Shown here: one piece after another, positions 30,824 through 41,554 of the stretch | How positions within the stretch are numbered: position 1 is the first letter of the stretch | Layout of the letters: each line of letters begins with the position of its first letter | Source of the DNA: Candidatus Freyarchaeum deiterrae | GTDB lineage: Archaea > Asgardarchaeota > Jordiarchaeia > Jordiarchaeales > Jordiarchaeaceae | DNA length: 64,000 nt | Reading direction: 5' to 3' | Assembly (NCBI GenBank): GCA_037305845.1 | Contig: CP147778.1 | Coordinates: 2,176,001-2,240,000, forward strand | Position numbers and translations under genes: made by a program | Notes under the pieces: generated by a model | The model's database searches: none | What the model was told of the DNA's origin: nothing | Seen by the model: only the letters and a program-made list of their open reading frames with translations

Positions 30824-32040
30824 CGACCCGCAATTCTTCTACTAATGGCGATTCTCTGCCCTTTTTCCGCAACTATCGGTCTTCTCAAAGAGATTTCTAC
30901 AACTCCCCTATAAGAAGCAGTCGAGGCTCCTATAGTTGCAGTAGGCCCGATATTCAACATTAATGGCTCCTTCGTCGAGATAGGTTCCACCTTTGACAAT
31001 TCTGTAGTACCAAGAACTCTATCTAAAAGATTAACTTCAATACTAAAATTATTTATTAACGGTGGAAGTGTACCTGGCTGACCAGCGACGCTACCAATCA
31101 TTCCGTCAGCCTTTGTTAATGACGGGTCGAGTTTGGTTCCCAAACCTATCAACCCGCCGGGTTTCGCTTCTTCTAACTCAACGCCTTCACCTGCTTGAAT
31201 GCTAGTAACCTCAGAAAACAATGGCTCATAGCTAACCTTAACTCCCACATCAAGTCTCAACCCTGGCTTAATCTCTATCTCATCCCCTACCTTAACCTTA
31301 CCCTGAATTATCGATCCTCCAATCACTCCACCTTTGAGATCCTCGGGAAGGGTTCCCGGCCTGTTAACTTCAAACGATCTGGCTACATGCATACGCATGG
31401 GCTTCGTGAAATCTCTCTCCGGGGTCGGAATAATCTTCTCCATCGCTTCAATCAAAACATCAAGATTAGCCCCAAAAACGGCGGAAGTTGGGATAATAGG
31501 AGCGCTCTCAGCGGAAGTTCCTTTTACAAAGTCCAAAATTTCCTGATAATTTTTCAAAGTCTTTTCTTTTGAAACTAATTCAATCTTGTTCTGAACAATT
31601 ATAAGATTTTTAACTCCAACAATCTGAAGAGCCGCAAGATGCTCCCTCGTTTGAGGCTGAGGACAGGTCTCATTAGCCGCTATGACTAGGATACCCCCGT
31701 CAACCAATGCGGCGCCGCTTAGCATAGTAGCCATAAGTGCCTCGTGTCCGGGAGAATCAGCAAATGATACGCGGCGAACAAAAACCAAATCAGATTCACA
31801 GTTTGGACACTTATAATTATGCTTTTTAGCCATCGCCGCGGTAAGGTAACATTGGGGCGGCGGGCAGTTCGGACATTTCAAAATTATCGCATCAGCGTAA
31901 CCAAGCTTTATCGAGATACCTCTCCTTTTCTCTTCACTATGACGATCTGTCCACGCACCTGATAAAGCTTGAACCAATGTAGTCTTTCCATGGTCCACAT
32001 GGCCAAAAGTACCGATATTCGTGGATGATTGCTTTTGCAT
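30790..32040 (-). CDS. eif2g: Translation initiation factor 2 gamma
   Basis: GHVDHGKT, RGISIKLGYA, NKIE, WRLIGWG. Confidence 0.96.
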   Translation of the reverse strand: MQKQSSTNIGTFGHVDHGKTTLVQALSGAWTDRHSEEKRRGISIKLGYADAIILKCPNCPPPQCYLTAAMAKKHNYKCPNCESDLVFVRRVSFADSPGHEALMATMLSGAALVDGGILVIAANETCPQPQTREHLAALQIVGVKNLIIVQNKIELVSKEKTLKNYQEILDFVKGTSAESAPIIPTSAVFGANLDVLIEAMEKIIPTPERDFTKPMRMHVARSFEVNRPGTLPEDLKGGVIGGSIIQGKVKVGDEIEIKPGLRLDVGVKVSYEPLFSEVTSIQAGEGVELEEAKPGGLIGLGTKLDPSLTKADGMIGSVAGQPGTLPPLINNFSIEVNLLDRVLGTTELSKVEPISTKEPLMLNIGPTATIGASTASYRGVVEISLRRPIVAEKGQRIAISRRIAGRWRLIGWGLIT

Positions 32041-32165
32041 AGCTTCCTCGATTGCTTTGATTTCAGACAGTTATATAGCCTCCTCTTCTTATCTAACTCT
32101 TCACTTTCCACTTCTATAGATAAAAAATCTTTTAAAGTTTATCTAAAAAAATATACTTAATATAA

Positions 32166-33515
32166 TTAACGCTTGATATTAATAATACTTCCAGTTCCTT
32201 GGGGAGCTATTATTTGTTCATCGGACATTACGCATAAACCTTTAATGAAGACCATTTTGGCTTTTCCTGTGACTTTCCAGCCATCGAAGGGGGAGAATTT
32301 TGATTTGCTGTAAAATTTTTCTGGATTTATTTTCCATTTTTCTTTGAAGTCAACTAAAACCATATCCGCCTCATATCCTTCCAAGAGCATACCCTTATTT
32401 TCAAGTTTGAATATTTGGGCAGGCGAGCGGGATGTCAACTCAATCAGTTTCTCCAATCTCAAATCTCCACGGGCAACCTTCGTGAGCATCAGGGGGAGCA
32501 TCGTTTCTAAGCCGGGAAATCCGGATGGAGCATCTTGGAAGGGCTTCTCTTTTTCCGCGAGACTGTGTGGTGCGTGGTCGCTTGCAAGTGTGTTTATCAA
32601 TCCCCCCAATAAAGCTGCCCATAGCGCGGAGTTATCGTTTTGCGTTCTTAGGGGTGGTAGTACTTTGGCGAATGCTCCTTGCTTTTTAATTTCATCTTTT
32701 GTCAAAAAGAGATGGTGCGGCGTGGTTTCGCATGTTAATTTAGCTCCTTTGATCTGTTCCTCTTTTATGGTTGCTAATGATTCTCCAGAGGAAACGTGGC
32801 AAATGTGTATGTGACATCCTGTTTTGATTCCCCATTTCGCGAACTTGATTATCGCTTTTTTCTCAGTTATTGCTGGGTGTGAACCTAAAAAAACTTCTAT
32901 GTCAGTTAGCTTTTGCTGTCTTAATTCTGATTGCAATTTATTTATGGTTTCCAAATCGTCAGGATGTATGGAAACTGGTAGGTTATTATTTGCTGCTGCT
33001 TTAAGATATGAAAGGGTTTCTTCTTCGTTCTTCCAATCGATTTCTTCGGATGGATCATGTGGATATATCTTGAATCCAACTATTCCTTCCTTTGCCATCT
33101 TTTCAACTTCGTTTAGCCTTGAAGGGAATCCTGCGTGAAAAGCCAAATTTACAACAATTTTCTTCCTAGCTTCCTCCTTCTTTTCTACAAGCGCTTTCAA
33201 AGAGGATGTTCGGGGAACAGTGTTAGGCATATCAATAACTGTGGTTATTCCCCCTGCCGCAGCGGCGCATGTCCCGGTATAGAAGTCTTCCTTATAAGAA
33301 AGTTCCATATCCCTCAAATGAACATGCGAGTCAATAAGGCCCGGCAATAGAAGAAAACCTTTCGCGTCTACAACTTCGTCTGCTCTGGGTAATTCTGGCT
33401 CTTTCGAAAGCTTTACAATCTTTTGTTTCTCGACCGCCAGTCCCCCAGTTACTATCCCTTGGAAAGTAAATATTTTAGCGTTTTTTAAAACCAGATCCAC
33501 AGTAGAGGACGTCAT
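32166..33515 (-). CDS. pyrC: Dihydroorotase (type I) / cyclic amidohydrolase
   Basis: DSHVHLR, DMPNT, HICHVS, SDHAPH. Confidence 0.85.
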   Translation of the reverse strand: MTSSTVDLVLKNAKIFTFQGIVTGGLAVEKQKIVKLSKEPELPRADEVVDAKGFLLLPGLIDSHVHLRDMELSYKEDFYTGTCAAAAGGITTVIDMPNTVPRTSSLKALVEKKEEARKKIVVNLAFHAGFPSRLNEVEKMAKEGIVGFKIYPHDPSEEIDWKNEEETLSYLKAAANNNLPVSIHPDDLETINKLQSELRQQKLTDIEVFLGSHPAITEKKAIIKFAKWGIKTGCHIHICHVSSGESLATIKEEQIKGAKLTCETTPHHLFLTKDEIKKQGAFAKVLPPLRTQNDNSALWAALLGGLINTLASDHAPHSLAEKEKPFQDAPSGFPGLETMLPLMLTKVARGDLRLEKLIELTSRSPAQIFKLENKGMLLEGYEADMVLVDFKEKWKINPEKFYSKSKFSPFDGWKVTGKAKMVFIKGLCVMSDEQIIAPQGTGSIINIKR

Positions 33516-33538
33516 AGTTTTGGCATCTGTTTTTTGTT

Positions 33539-34339
33539 TTAAACCGTGAATTTATTGGCTACTAGCCTGGTCAAATCTGTTTTAGTTAAAATTCCATTTA
33601 AACGCTCTTCGTAGTTTATGACTGGTAAACTCTTAACTCTCTCTTTACGCATCTGATCCGCTGCAAGACTAATTTTATTGTCAGGATGAAGCTTTGTAGG
33701 CGCTTTTTGCATTATTTCGTTCACATCTATGTGTCTTATTCTCTCTTCCTGGTATTTTCCGGGTACATTATCACGGAACTGCGCCAAATATAACGCAATT
33801 TGGCCCTCGGTTACCATTCCCACCACTTTTCCTTCTTCTAAGACGGGTAAACTACTGATATTTCTTTCAAGCATTGTTCTTCTAACATTTACAACTCTGT
33901 CAAAGGGTGTGGTGGTAATGGGAGACTTTGTCATTATCTGTCCGACAAAGATGTTTTCTATGTGGAAGCAGAGGCGTGTCATAGTGGATTTGGTTATAAC
34001 ACCTACCAATTCTCCGTTCTCAATCACTGGTAGACTCGAAATTTGTTTGTCTATCATCATTTTAGCTGCTTCAACAACATCTGTTTGTGGAGCGACGGTT
34101 AGGGGATTACCACTCATAACTCCAGAAACATGAACGCCCGAAGCGGTGAGTGACTTCATCTTACTGGAGCCCAATCGGTCGAAAATATCTTTTTCCGTTA
34201 TTACTCCAACTAATTTTCCTTTATCAACGACCAAAAGGCGGGAAACACGTTTCTTCACCATCAGCTCCATGGCGTAAGAAACCATATCATCTTTATCAAC
34301 TGTATACAAGCCTTTAACCATAATGTCCTTAACCAGCAA
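33539..34339 (-). CDS. CBS-domain protein (4 CBS)
   Basis: Repeated LPV...GxxT CBS motifs. Confidence 0.9.
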   Translation of the reverse strand: MLVKDIMVKGLYTVDKDDMVSYAMELMVKKRVSRLLVVDKGKLVGVITEKDIFDRLGSSKMKSLTASGVHVSGVMSGNPLTVAPQTDVVEAAKMMIDKQISSLPVIENGELVGVITKSTMTRLCFHIENIFVGQIMTKSPITTTPFDRVVNVRRTMLERNISSLPVLEEGKVVGMVTEGQIALYLAQFRDNVPGKYQEERIRHIDVNEIMQKAPTKLHPDNKISLAADQMRKERVKSLPVINYEERLNGILTKTDLTRLVANKFTV

Positions 34340-34549
34340 TTTGATTTCCTCCTATTAAATAACCTACTTTGCTTTCATCATTGATTATTGACCAAACTGA
34401 ACTCATGGACTCTATTATCTACGTTATAAAATACTTCTTTCATGTTATATTTGATTGGTCCCTTTTCCCATTACTTATTTTCACTAAGTGTGTGTAGTTT
34501 TTAGTTCGAGTATTATGTTATGACACTTTTAAGTATACATTTATTGTTT

Positions 34550-36544
34550 TTATGAGTTTTGCGAAATTTCAGCTCCCCCAGAAGGCAGGATGTTTTCTAT
34601 ATCATTTACTGAAATTAGATTAATTTTTTCTACCAGTTCAGGTGTGGACTTTTTCGATAACTGATATTTTATCTGCTTGGCTAGTTTTCCTTTGGCGATT
34701 GATCCGGGTTTGATAATCACGAAGTTTTTTGTCTGTGCTTCAATCGCTGATGGGGGGCCGCATACAGGTAAAATTTCGTCGTCGCTTTCAATCACTCCCA
34801 CAGCGAGTTTCAGCGGAACCCCCTTAACATAGTTCCTCTGACCTTTGATTATAAATGAGCCGCGTTCCAAGTATTCCCCCGAAGGGGGGCTTTCAGAGAC
34901 TTGGTCACTAGTTACCCAGTATACGTCAGCCTGGCCCCACCCCGATTTCCAAGCGCTCGAAAATGAAACCGCAAATTGCGCGGCTTCTTGTAAAGTCTCA
35001 TCCGAGACTGGTTTTTCGCTCTTTTTGATTATCACTACGGGGGCGCCTTTAAAATCGGCGTGCATGAAAAGGTCATCAGGTTCCATGTGTTTATTGTAAA
35101 GGGTTGTGTTGGTTTTAACATCTCGTCCACCCAACACTAAAACACCTTCCGATGATTTGAACCATCTGAAGGATTCGTACCATTTTTTCTTACGCCCTTT
35201 TAAAAGCTTAGTAGGAGCTATTTCCGTAGGTGGTGTTTCTTCTGCAGTCTCGATCAGCTTAAGTGTTTTTTCAATAGCCTTTTTAGCTCCCTCGGCCTTA
35301 GAAGCTGCCTTCTTCGCTTGTACATAAAATAGATTTGCGTTTTCAACTGCTGATTTTCGATAATCCAGTTCTATACGCTCTCCCTCAATATTAACAAATA
35401 TTTTTGCGGACTTGGAGTTTAACTCCTCAAAAATCTTTGCCGAAGGGACTTTATCACTCGCTTCTCTAACCTTTTCCTCTATCTCTGACCAGGGGTAGTT
35501 TCTCTGTCTTGCGGAAACGATAGTTTCCAGCAACTCTTTAACTGAATTTAGATTTCCATAGATTAAGTCTCCGTGCTTTCTATATTTCTTCTCGGAAGAC
35601 TCCATTTTGGCTATCTTTGTCTTCTGCTCTTCAAGCATTCTCTGATAACGATCAACCTCGGATTCGACTACTTCTGAAACCTTTTGCTCTGATTCAAAAA
35701 CTTCTCCAGCACTGTAGAACTCATCAGCCGCCTGATTAAAGCTGTCAAAAGTTCGAAACTGCATTCCCTCATACAATTTAAGTTCAAAGGGATCAACAGA
35801 GACCAAATCCGAGTTTTTTGAAACTATTCTTGGACTAAATTCTCTCTTATCCAGTGAACCAATTAGACCCTTTAAGGTGAAAAGAATTTTCTCCAAGTCC
35901 TGGGAAGACATAGTAGATGCGGGTGTGTTCTTATCTATACCCGCCCTAATACACAATTCCTCAGCGTAAACGCCACCAATGTTTAGATTTCTCGCAATTG
36001 TGCGTACCATATCGGTATCCGACTGAGAAAAAGTAGTCTTCAGCCAATCAAAGTCTACGTTCCGTGGATCAGCCCCTCTCGTAGGAGGGTACTGAAACTC
36101 CCTCTTGGGAAGTATTTCCCTATCTTTCATTCTAAGAAAGTGTCTGGCAATAAAGATTTTTCCCTCTGGATCCAAAAGAATAATGTTTCCATCACCGAAA
36201 AATTCAATAATAAGCGAGTACCTATCATCGGGCAATCCAACGTCAATAATTACAAGACGGTCAAAATCATACTGGCGTATCTCTGTAACACGCCGATTTC
36301 GAAGATACTTTCGAAGAGTCATACAAAAATTACTTGGTAACCTAGGTTTCGGACGCTGGTATCCCGTTAAATGAATTCGGCGCCCCAAATCAACCAAAAG
36401 AGTAGCGCTCCCATGCACCTGGGACCTCAACTTAAAAAGGAAAATATCGTTAAACTGATATATGTTACGAATCCATGACCCATCAAGAACGGGTTTCAAC
36501 TCCGAAATAATAGCCGCAATATCCACGTTAGACATTCCATTCAT
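34550..36544 (-). CDS. rqcH: Ribosome quality-control factor Rqc2/NEMF/RqcH
   Basis: FCMTLRKYL, QYDFDR, WYESFRWF, GRD, PSGEYL. Confidence 0.93.
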   Translation of the reverse strand: MNGMSNVDIAAIISELKPVLDGSWIRNIYQFNDIFLFKLRSQVHGSATLLVDLGRRIHLTGYQRPKPRLPSNFCMTLRKYLRNRRVTEIRQYDFDRLVIIDVGLPDDRYSLIIEFFGDGNIILLDPEGKIFIARHFLRMKDREILPKREFQYPPTRGADPRNVDFDWLKTTFSQSDTDMVRTIARNLNIGGVYAEELCIRAGIDKNTPASTMSSQDLEKILFTLKGLIGSLDKREFSPRIVSKNSDLVSVDPFELKLYEGMQFRTFDSFNQAADEFYSAGEVFESEQKVSEVVESEVDRYQRMLEEQKTKIAKMESSEKKYRKHGDLIYGNLNSVKELLETIVSARQRNYPWSEIEEKVREASDKVPSAKIFEELNSKSAKIFVNIEGERIELDYRKSAVENANLFYVQAKKAASKAEGAKKAIEKTLKLIETAEETPPTEIAPTKLLKGRKKKWYESFRWFKSSEGVLVLGGRDVKTNTTLYNKHMEPDDLFMHADFKGAPVVIIKKSEKPVSDETLQEAAQFAVSFSSAWKSGWGQADVYWVTSDQVSESPPSGEYLERGSFIIKGQRNYVKGVPLKLAVGVIESDDEILPVCGPPSAIEAQTKNFVIIKPGSIAKGKLAKQIKYQLSKKSTPELVEKINLISVNDIENILPSGGAEISQNS

Positions 36545-36577
36545 CTAAAAAACCACCCAAAATTGGAGGATAAATCA

Positions 36578-37006
36578 ATGACAATGGCAAATAAGGAAAA
36601 GTCAACGACAAATATACTAGTAAGAAAATGGCAAGAACAATCACCCAAAGATAAACTGTACTGGATGAGAGCCCTTTTCGCAGCAATAGGCGCGTTCATA
36701 AGCACAATAATCCGTCCAATAATGTTCTCTCCGCTTTTAGACACACCATTTACGAGCATTCGCCCCGCCTTAGACGCCGCAGTTATAGGCGTCCTCGTGA
36801 TGCTAGGGTTGTCCACGTTAGTAAGCTACGTGCTCCTGAAAATCACACCGGACCTCGTCGGCAGCCGGTCAAGCTTCATCACTGCGGGTTTCGTAACAGG
36901 GTTATTCCTATGGTTAGTAATTTGGACTGTACTATATAACATCATCCTATCCTTATCACCACCAATAACACTAATGCAGCTTATTTCAGTACTGGCTTCG
37001 ATTTAA
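36578..37006 (+). CDS. EMC6/Rab5ip-like small membrane protein
   Basis: DKLYWMR...; GFVTGLFLWLVIWTVLYN matches the EMC6 C-terminal pattern. Confidence 0.6.
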   Translation: MTMANKEKSTTNILVRKWQEQSPKDKLYWMRALFAAIGAFISTIIRPIMFSPLLDTPFTSIRPALDAAVIGVLVMLGLSTLVSYVLLKITPDLVGSRSSFITAGFVTGLFLWLVIWTVLYNIILSLSPPITLMQLISVLASI

Positions 37007-37648
37007 TCCAATCTAAGAACAATTCAGATTAGCTAAATATTTTTTTAACAAACCAAGCAAACTCCATAAAACTCTACACGCAATAGAACCAAAATTACAC
37101 CTAAATTGTCAACTATAAAACAAAATTCTTCTTAAATACCGGTTCGAACGAAAACCCCGTTCTAATCTGAACTCCGAATCTCAGTTTACTCCGCAAATCC
37201 ATTAGAAAGGCGCCCCAAAAGGGATTCATAATCTCCCTTAAACTATTTCACAATTCTATTTTTCTCGAATACACGTTGCATAAATCGCTTTCTTTTTAAG
37301 AGAAAAAATTCTTTTAAACTCTGTGGGTATAAAAACTTCCCAAAATCAAGCAAAACTGCGGAGGAAATCATAGTTTCCACAGAGTATGGGCGGGGTTTTA
37401 ACCTAAAAATTAAGAAGCTCATGTAATACGAAAATGTTTTCAAAATGTTCTAAGCAGTTAATATGTTATGTTTCGTAAAAATTAAAAAATTACTATTAAT
37501 CATAAACTTATCAATAAAAGTTTAATAAACAAGTGATAAAATTGCGAAAATCACAGAAAAACTTTTATTCAACTCCAACGTACTACTAAACAAGAAACTA
37601 AAATAATAAAAAAAACTAAAAAATTTTATAAAATAGACAGAAAACGTA

Positions 37649-38146
37649 ATGGGAAGGAATAGAATGCTTGTAGAAATAGACGACCTCGACCGAAAAATAT
37701 TAGCCTACCTTCAAGAAAATTCCAGAGTACCATTCACACAAATTGCCAAAGAACTAGACGTACCAGATACAACCATACATTTCCGAGTAAAAAAACTCCT
37801 AGAAAATCAGGTTATACGCCAATTCACCGTCGTAGTCTCAGCAGAAAAACTAGGTTACGGAGCATCTGCCATAGTTAGAATCAACATCGGAGGACACATA
37901 ATACCCGATATAAGCTTACAAAGAACAAGAGAAATCGCGGATAAACTCAAAAAAACGAACCAAGTAAGATTCCTTGCAACTGGCGACCACGGCACCTCAC
38001 TATACGCAGTAATACTAGCCCGCTCCAAACAAGAACTAGAAAAACTACTATCCGATCTACAATCTAACCCGGATATACAAGACCTAAACGTTTGGGAATT
38101 ACAAAATCTCCTGAAGGGGGAAGAAATCATAAGCCCGCTACCATAA
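37649..38146 (+). CDS. Lrp/AsnC transcriptional regulator
   Basis: DDLDRKILAYLQENSR HTH. Confidence 0.9.
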   Translation: MGRNRMLVEIDDLDRKILAYLQENSRVPFTQIAKELDVPDTTIHFRVKKLLENQVIRQFTVVVSAEKLGYGASAIVRINIGGHIIPDISLQRTREIADKLKKTNQVRFLATGDHGTSLYAVILARSKQELEKLLSDLQSNPDIQDLNVWELQNLLKGEEIISPLP

Positions 38147-38155
38147 GATAAAAAG

Positions 38156-38890
38156 GTGAACACAATGATGGAAAGAATAAAATCAGGAATCCCTGGACTG
38201 GATGGAATACTACACGGAGGATTCGTAAAAGGAACAAACATCCTAGTCTCTGGAGGAGCAGGAACAGGAAAAACAATATGCTGCATGCAATTCCTACACG
38301 CTGGAGCAAGCAAATACGAACAACCGGGAATCTTCGTAACCCTTGAAGAAAAACCACGAGAAATAAGAAGAGAAGCTAAACAATTCGGGTGGGACTTCGA
38401 AAAACTAGAACAGGAAAACAAACTCATAATCATAGACGCTGCATCAAGCAAGGCTGGACTACCAACCACGGAACCGTACACATTAAGAAGAGGCTTCGAC
38501 ATAAGCACACTGGCACAAGAAATCTACAAAGCCACAAAACAAATAGACGCCCAAAGAATAGCCATAGACTCACTCAGTGGGCTAGGAATAAGATTCGAAT
38601 CCCAAACAGCAATCAGAAACGCAATCTTCAAACTCGCATCACTCCTAGGAGAACTACAAACAACCAGCCTCATGACCAGCGAAATGACAGGAAAAACAGG
38701 ATACAGCCGATACGGAGTTGAGGAATTCATTTCTCAGGGCATAATTGTTTTGTACTTGAATGAGGAGAATGGTGAGTTACGTCGCAGTTTGGTTGTTCGT
38801 AAGCTTCGTTTCTCGAGTCACAGTCTTAAGGTGTACCCAATCGAGATTGGTAGTCGGGGTATTGTGATTATGCCTGGGGGCGAGCTCTAA
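38156..38890 (+). CDS. KaiC-like RecA-superfamily ATPase (single domain)
   Basis: SGIPGLD, GGAGTGKT, TLEE, IDSL, VRKLR. Confidence 0.9.
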   Translation: MNTMMERIKSGIPGLDGILHGGFVKGTNILVSGGAGTGKTICCMQFLHAGASKYEQPGIFVTLEEKPREIRREAKQFGWDFEKLEQENKLIIIDAASSKAGLPTTEPYTLRRGFDISTLAQEIYKATKQIDAQRIAIDSLSGLGIRFESQTAIRNAIFKLASLLGELQTTSLMTSEMTGKTGYSRYGVEEFISQGIIVLYLNEENGELRRSLVVRKLRFSSHSLKVYPIEIGSRGIVIMPGGEL

Positions 38891-39112
38891 GTATTTTGTT
38901 TTTGTCTGGTTTGTTTGGGTTTAGTTGGGTCTATGTCGTAATTTAGATTTATTGACCGAGAGTTTCCTAGTAGGAGCTTTGTATCTGATTTTCGATTACT
39001 TGTTCGGCTCGTTTTATCTGTCCTTTTCTTCTTTTGTTGGATTTTAGGTTTTGTTGTTTATTCGAAGTAGATAAACCATAATCCCATTTATTTTGTGTTT
39101 TCGTCTTTAGAT

Positions 39113-39871
39113 TTACTGAAATCCATTAATTAGATCGTTGAGGAATATTAGGCGGTTCGTTGCGTTGTAGCTTTTGAGGAGGTTTAGGGGATATTCTATG
39201 TTTCCAACGCGTGTTTTTATGTGAGCGTCAGTTCCTATAGAGAGTTTTATATCTTCCTTTTTTAATATAGAATTGAATTTTTCATGTTTGTAATTATCTT
39301 TGGAAGTGTTTAGTTCTACGAAGAGTTGGGCGTCGGTCAACTTGTCGATGACTTTTTCCAATTTATCCTCATTTAGAAAACGTACTTCCATATGTGCAAT
39401 TCCTACCGGAAGATTGTCTGGGAGTATTTCTTTGAACTTTTTTATTTTCGATATGATTATTTCGGGGTCTCTTATTTCAATCGGGTAGTAACTGTATGGA
39501 TCTGTTACATACTCAAACAAGTAGTAGTCGAATTTTTGACTGGTTAGCACTTCAATGGATTTGGCGGATAAAAAATCGGATGTTCTTGCATCAACTTCCA
39601 GAGCTGCTTTTATCCTGATCTGTTTTTCGAACTCTTTCCCAAGGGATTTAACCTCTTCGTAATAGTCTGGAAGCTTTTTTACTATTTTGGGGCTTTTTTC
39701 AGGATCCGTAGAAAAATGGTCTGAAAAGCCTATTACGTGCATATCTTTGGATATGGCATACTCCACGATTTCTCGGCAGGTCGAAACTCCGTCAGACCAT
39801 TTTGTGTGAATGTGGAGATCAAAATTCGGTTTTAAAACCAATTTTGAAGCCTCTTGTCGATTGGTGTTCAT
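39113..39871 (-). CDS. PHP-domain phosphoesterase
   Basis: DLHIHT..SDG, SDH, GTDAH. Confidence 0.88.
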   Translation of the reverse strand: MNTNRQEASKLVLKPNFDLHIHTKWSDGVSTCREIVEYAISKDMHVIGFSDHFSTDPEKSPKIVKKLPDYYEEVKSLGKEFEKQIRIKAALEVDARTSDFLSAKSIEVLTSQKFDYYLFEYVTDPYSYYPIEIRDPEIIISKIKKFKEILPDNLPVGIAHMEVRFLNEDKLEKVIDKLTDAQLFVELNTSKDNYKHEKFNSILKKEDIKLSIGTDAHIKTRVGNIEYPLNLLKSYNATNRLIFLNDLINGFQ

Positions 39872-39994
39872 TATTTTTTGCTCGCGGCTTACTATGCTAT
39901 TCTTGTATTGATGGACTGTGTGATGGTTATTAATGCTTTTTCTAATGGTTTGGTTTGAGAACTCCTGTTACTGGAGCGGAGGTGTTCTTTGTTT

Positions 39995-40549
39995 CTACGG
40001 TTTTTCATCTCGGAAAGCTACTATTACGATATCTTCGCTTACTTCGTATACTTCCTTTTCTTTTAGGCCATTGTTTTCAATTAATTCAAATATTTCTTTT
40101 TTTGTTGCCTTTTTCTTAAGAGTGGAGAGAACTGCTAAGCCTTTTTTCTCAAGTGTTCTCTTGATTTCTCTAACCGTTATTTGTGGGTGTTCTACGTTCT
40201 GTAGAATTGTTACTCCGAATACTTTGCTAAATGTTTTGTCTTTGAATGGTAGGTTGTTTAAATCCGCTTGAATAAGGTCAGAATCCCTAACTTTACTCTT
40301 GGCGATTCTTATCATTTCCTTGGAAAAGTCTACTCCCACCACTCTGTGTTTTGAGGAAAATTTCTGCAAAAGCATACCTGTTCCGCAGCCAGCATCAAGA
40401 ATCAAGTCCCTTTTTTTGAAAGCTATTTTGGAGAGCATCGCACTGTACTTCTCTTCCTGAATTTCTCTATATCTTTGATCGTAAATCCTGGCCGTCTGAT
40501 CGTATAAAGACATTTTGTTTTTAGGGGTGGGGGTGCTTTCATTTTTCAT
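39995..40549 (-). CDS. Class I SAM-dependent methyltransferase
   Basis: LDAGCGTG, GVDFS, LPF. Confidence 0.88.
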   Translation of the reverse strand: MKNESTPTPKNKMSLYDQTARIYDQRYREIQEEKYSAMLSKIAFKKRDLILDAGCGTGMLLQKFSSKHRVVGVDFSKEMIRIAKSKVRDSDLIQADLNNLPFKDKTFSKVFGVTILQNVEHPQITVREIKRTLEKKGLAVLSTLKKKATKKEIFELIENNGLKEKEVYEVSEDIVIVAFRDEKP

Positions 40550-40593
40550 GGCGAATCTCTTTTATTGTTTTACGCAGATTAATAATCATTAAG

Positions 40594-41382
40594 GTGGTAT
40601 ATATGGTTGAGCGTCAACCCGTAGAATACTTTAGCAATCCCGCCCCTGCAAACGCGGCTAAGACTATTATCGATGCTCTTAACCAAATCCGTACAATAAT
40701 TATTGTTGGTGAGTGTACCATAAAGTACCAAGGGCGGGCAAGTTCAGAGCTAGGTTCAGGTGAACGTGTTGTATTCCTTAAAAAAGATGGCTCTTTTCTT
40801 GTTCATAGAGCTTGGGATTCTCAACCAGTGAACTGGCAGCCCCCGGGATGTATTTTTCAAACTAATTCGACGAAAAAAGGTATGCTTCTAAAAGCAATCA
40901 GGAAGAAACCACGGGAATCAATCGAAATCCTGTTCTCAAAAGTTTTTAGTATTCTCGTTTTGAACCTGAAGGATGAAGCAGAGTTTATTATGTTTGGTAG
41001 CGAGGAAGACATGCAGACGGCGGTTCTAGCAAAGCCTGAACTTATTGAAGAAGGGTTTAAACCGATTTTGAAAGAAAAAGTGGTTGATCAAGGATTTGTA
41101 GACGTGTACGGTGTTGATAATCAGGGGAGAATTCTCATGATTGAGTTGAAGAGGAGGAAGGCACAGGTTCAGGATGTAGTCCAGTTATTAAAGTACATTG
41201 AGGATGTTAGAAGAAAGAGCCCAGGGAGATCAGTTCGGGGTATGCTTGCAGCGCCATCCATTTCAAAAGAAGCGTCAGTAATGATTCAGACTAACGGGCT
41301 TGAATTCAAGGCGCTGAATCCCCAAACATGCGCTGAAGTTTTAAAATTAACATCCTCCAAGAAGATAACCGAATTCATTTGA
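40594..41382 (+). CDS. nucS: Mismatch endonuclease NucS/EndoMS
   Basis: YQGRA, KDGSFLVH, PVNWQPPG, IELKR. Confidence 0.93.
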   Translation: MVYMVERQPVEYFSNPAPANAAKTIIDALNQIRTIIIVGECTIKYQGRASSELGSGERVVFLKKDGSFLVHRAWDSQPVNWQPPGCIFQTNSTKKGMLLKAIRKKPRESIEILFSKVFSILVLNLKDEAEFIMFGSEEDMQTAVLAKPELIEEGFKPILKEKVVDQGFVDVYGVDNQGRILMIELKRRKAQVQDVVQLLKYIEDVRRKSPGRSVRGMLAAPSISKEASVMIQTNGLEFKALNPQTCAEVLKLTSSKKITEFI

Positions 41383-41554
41383 AAAAATGCGTTTAGTTTA
41401 TAGGAAAAAAAATATAATAAAAGTTAATACTGTTAAATATCTTCACATATCTAGTATAATAGGACTTTTCTTAAAATGGTTGGAATTGGGTTTGGTTTAA
41501 GTTCATATTACTCCTGAAAGAATTGTAAAGGAGGCTTTGTAGGAGGAACAATTT

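Noticed and set aside
31800-31870. In-frame intron in the eIF2-gamma zinc knuckle (slightly long loop)
   Set aside because: No BHB pairing found; the loop is naturally variable
37135-37230. tRNA-like GGTTCGAA motif
   Set aside because: No cloverleaf can be built on either strand
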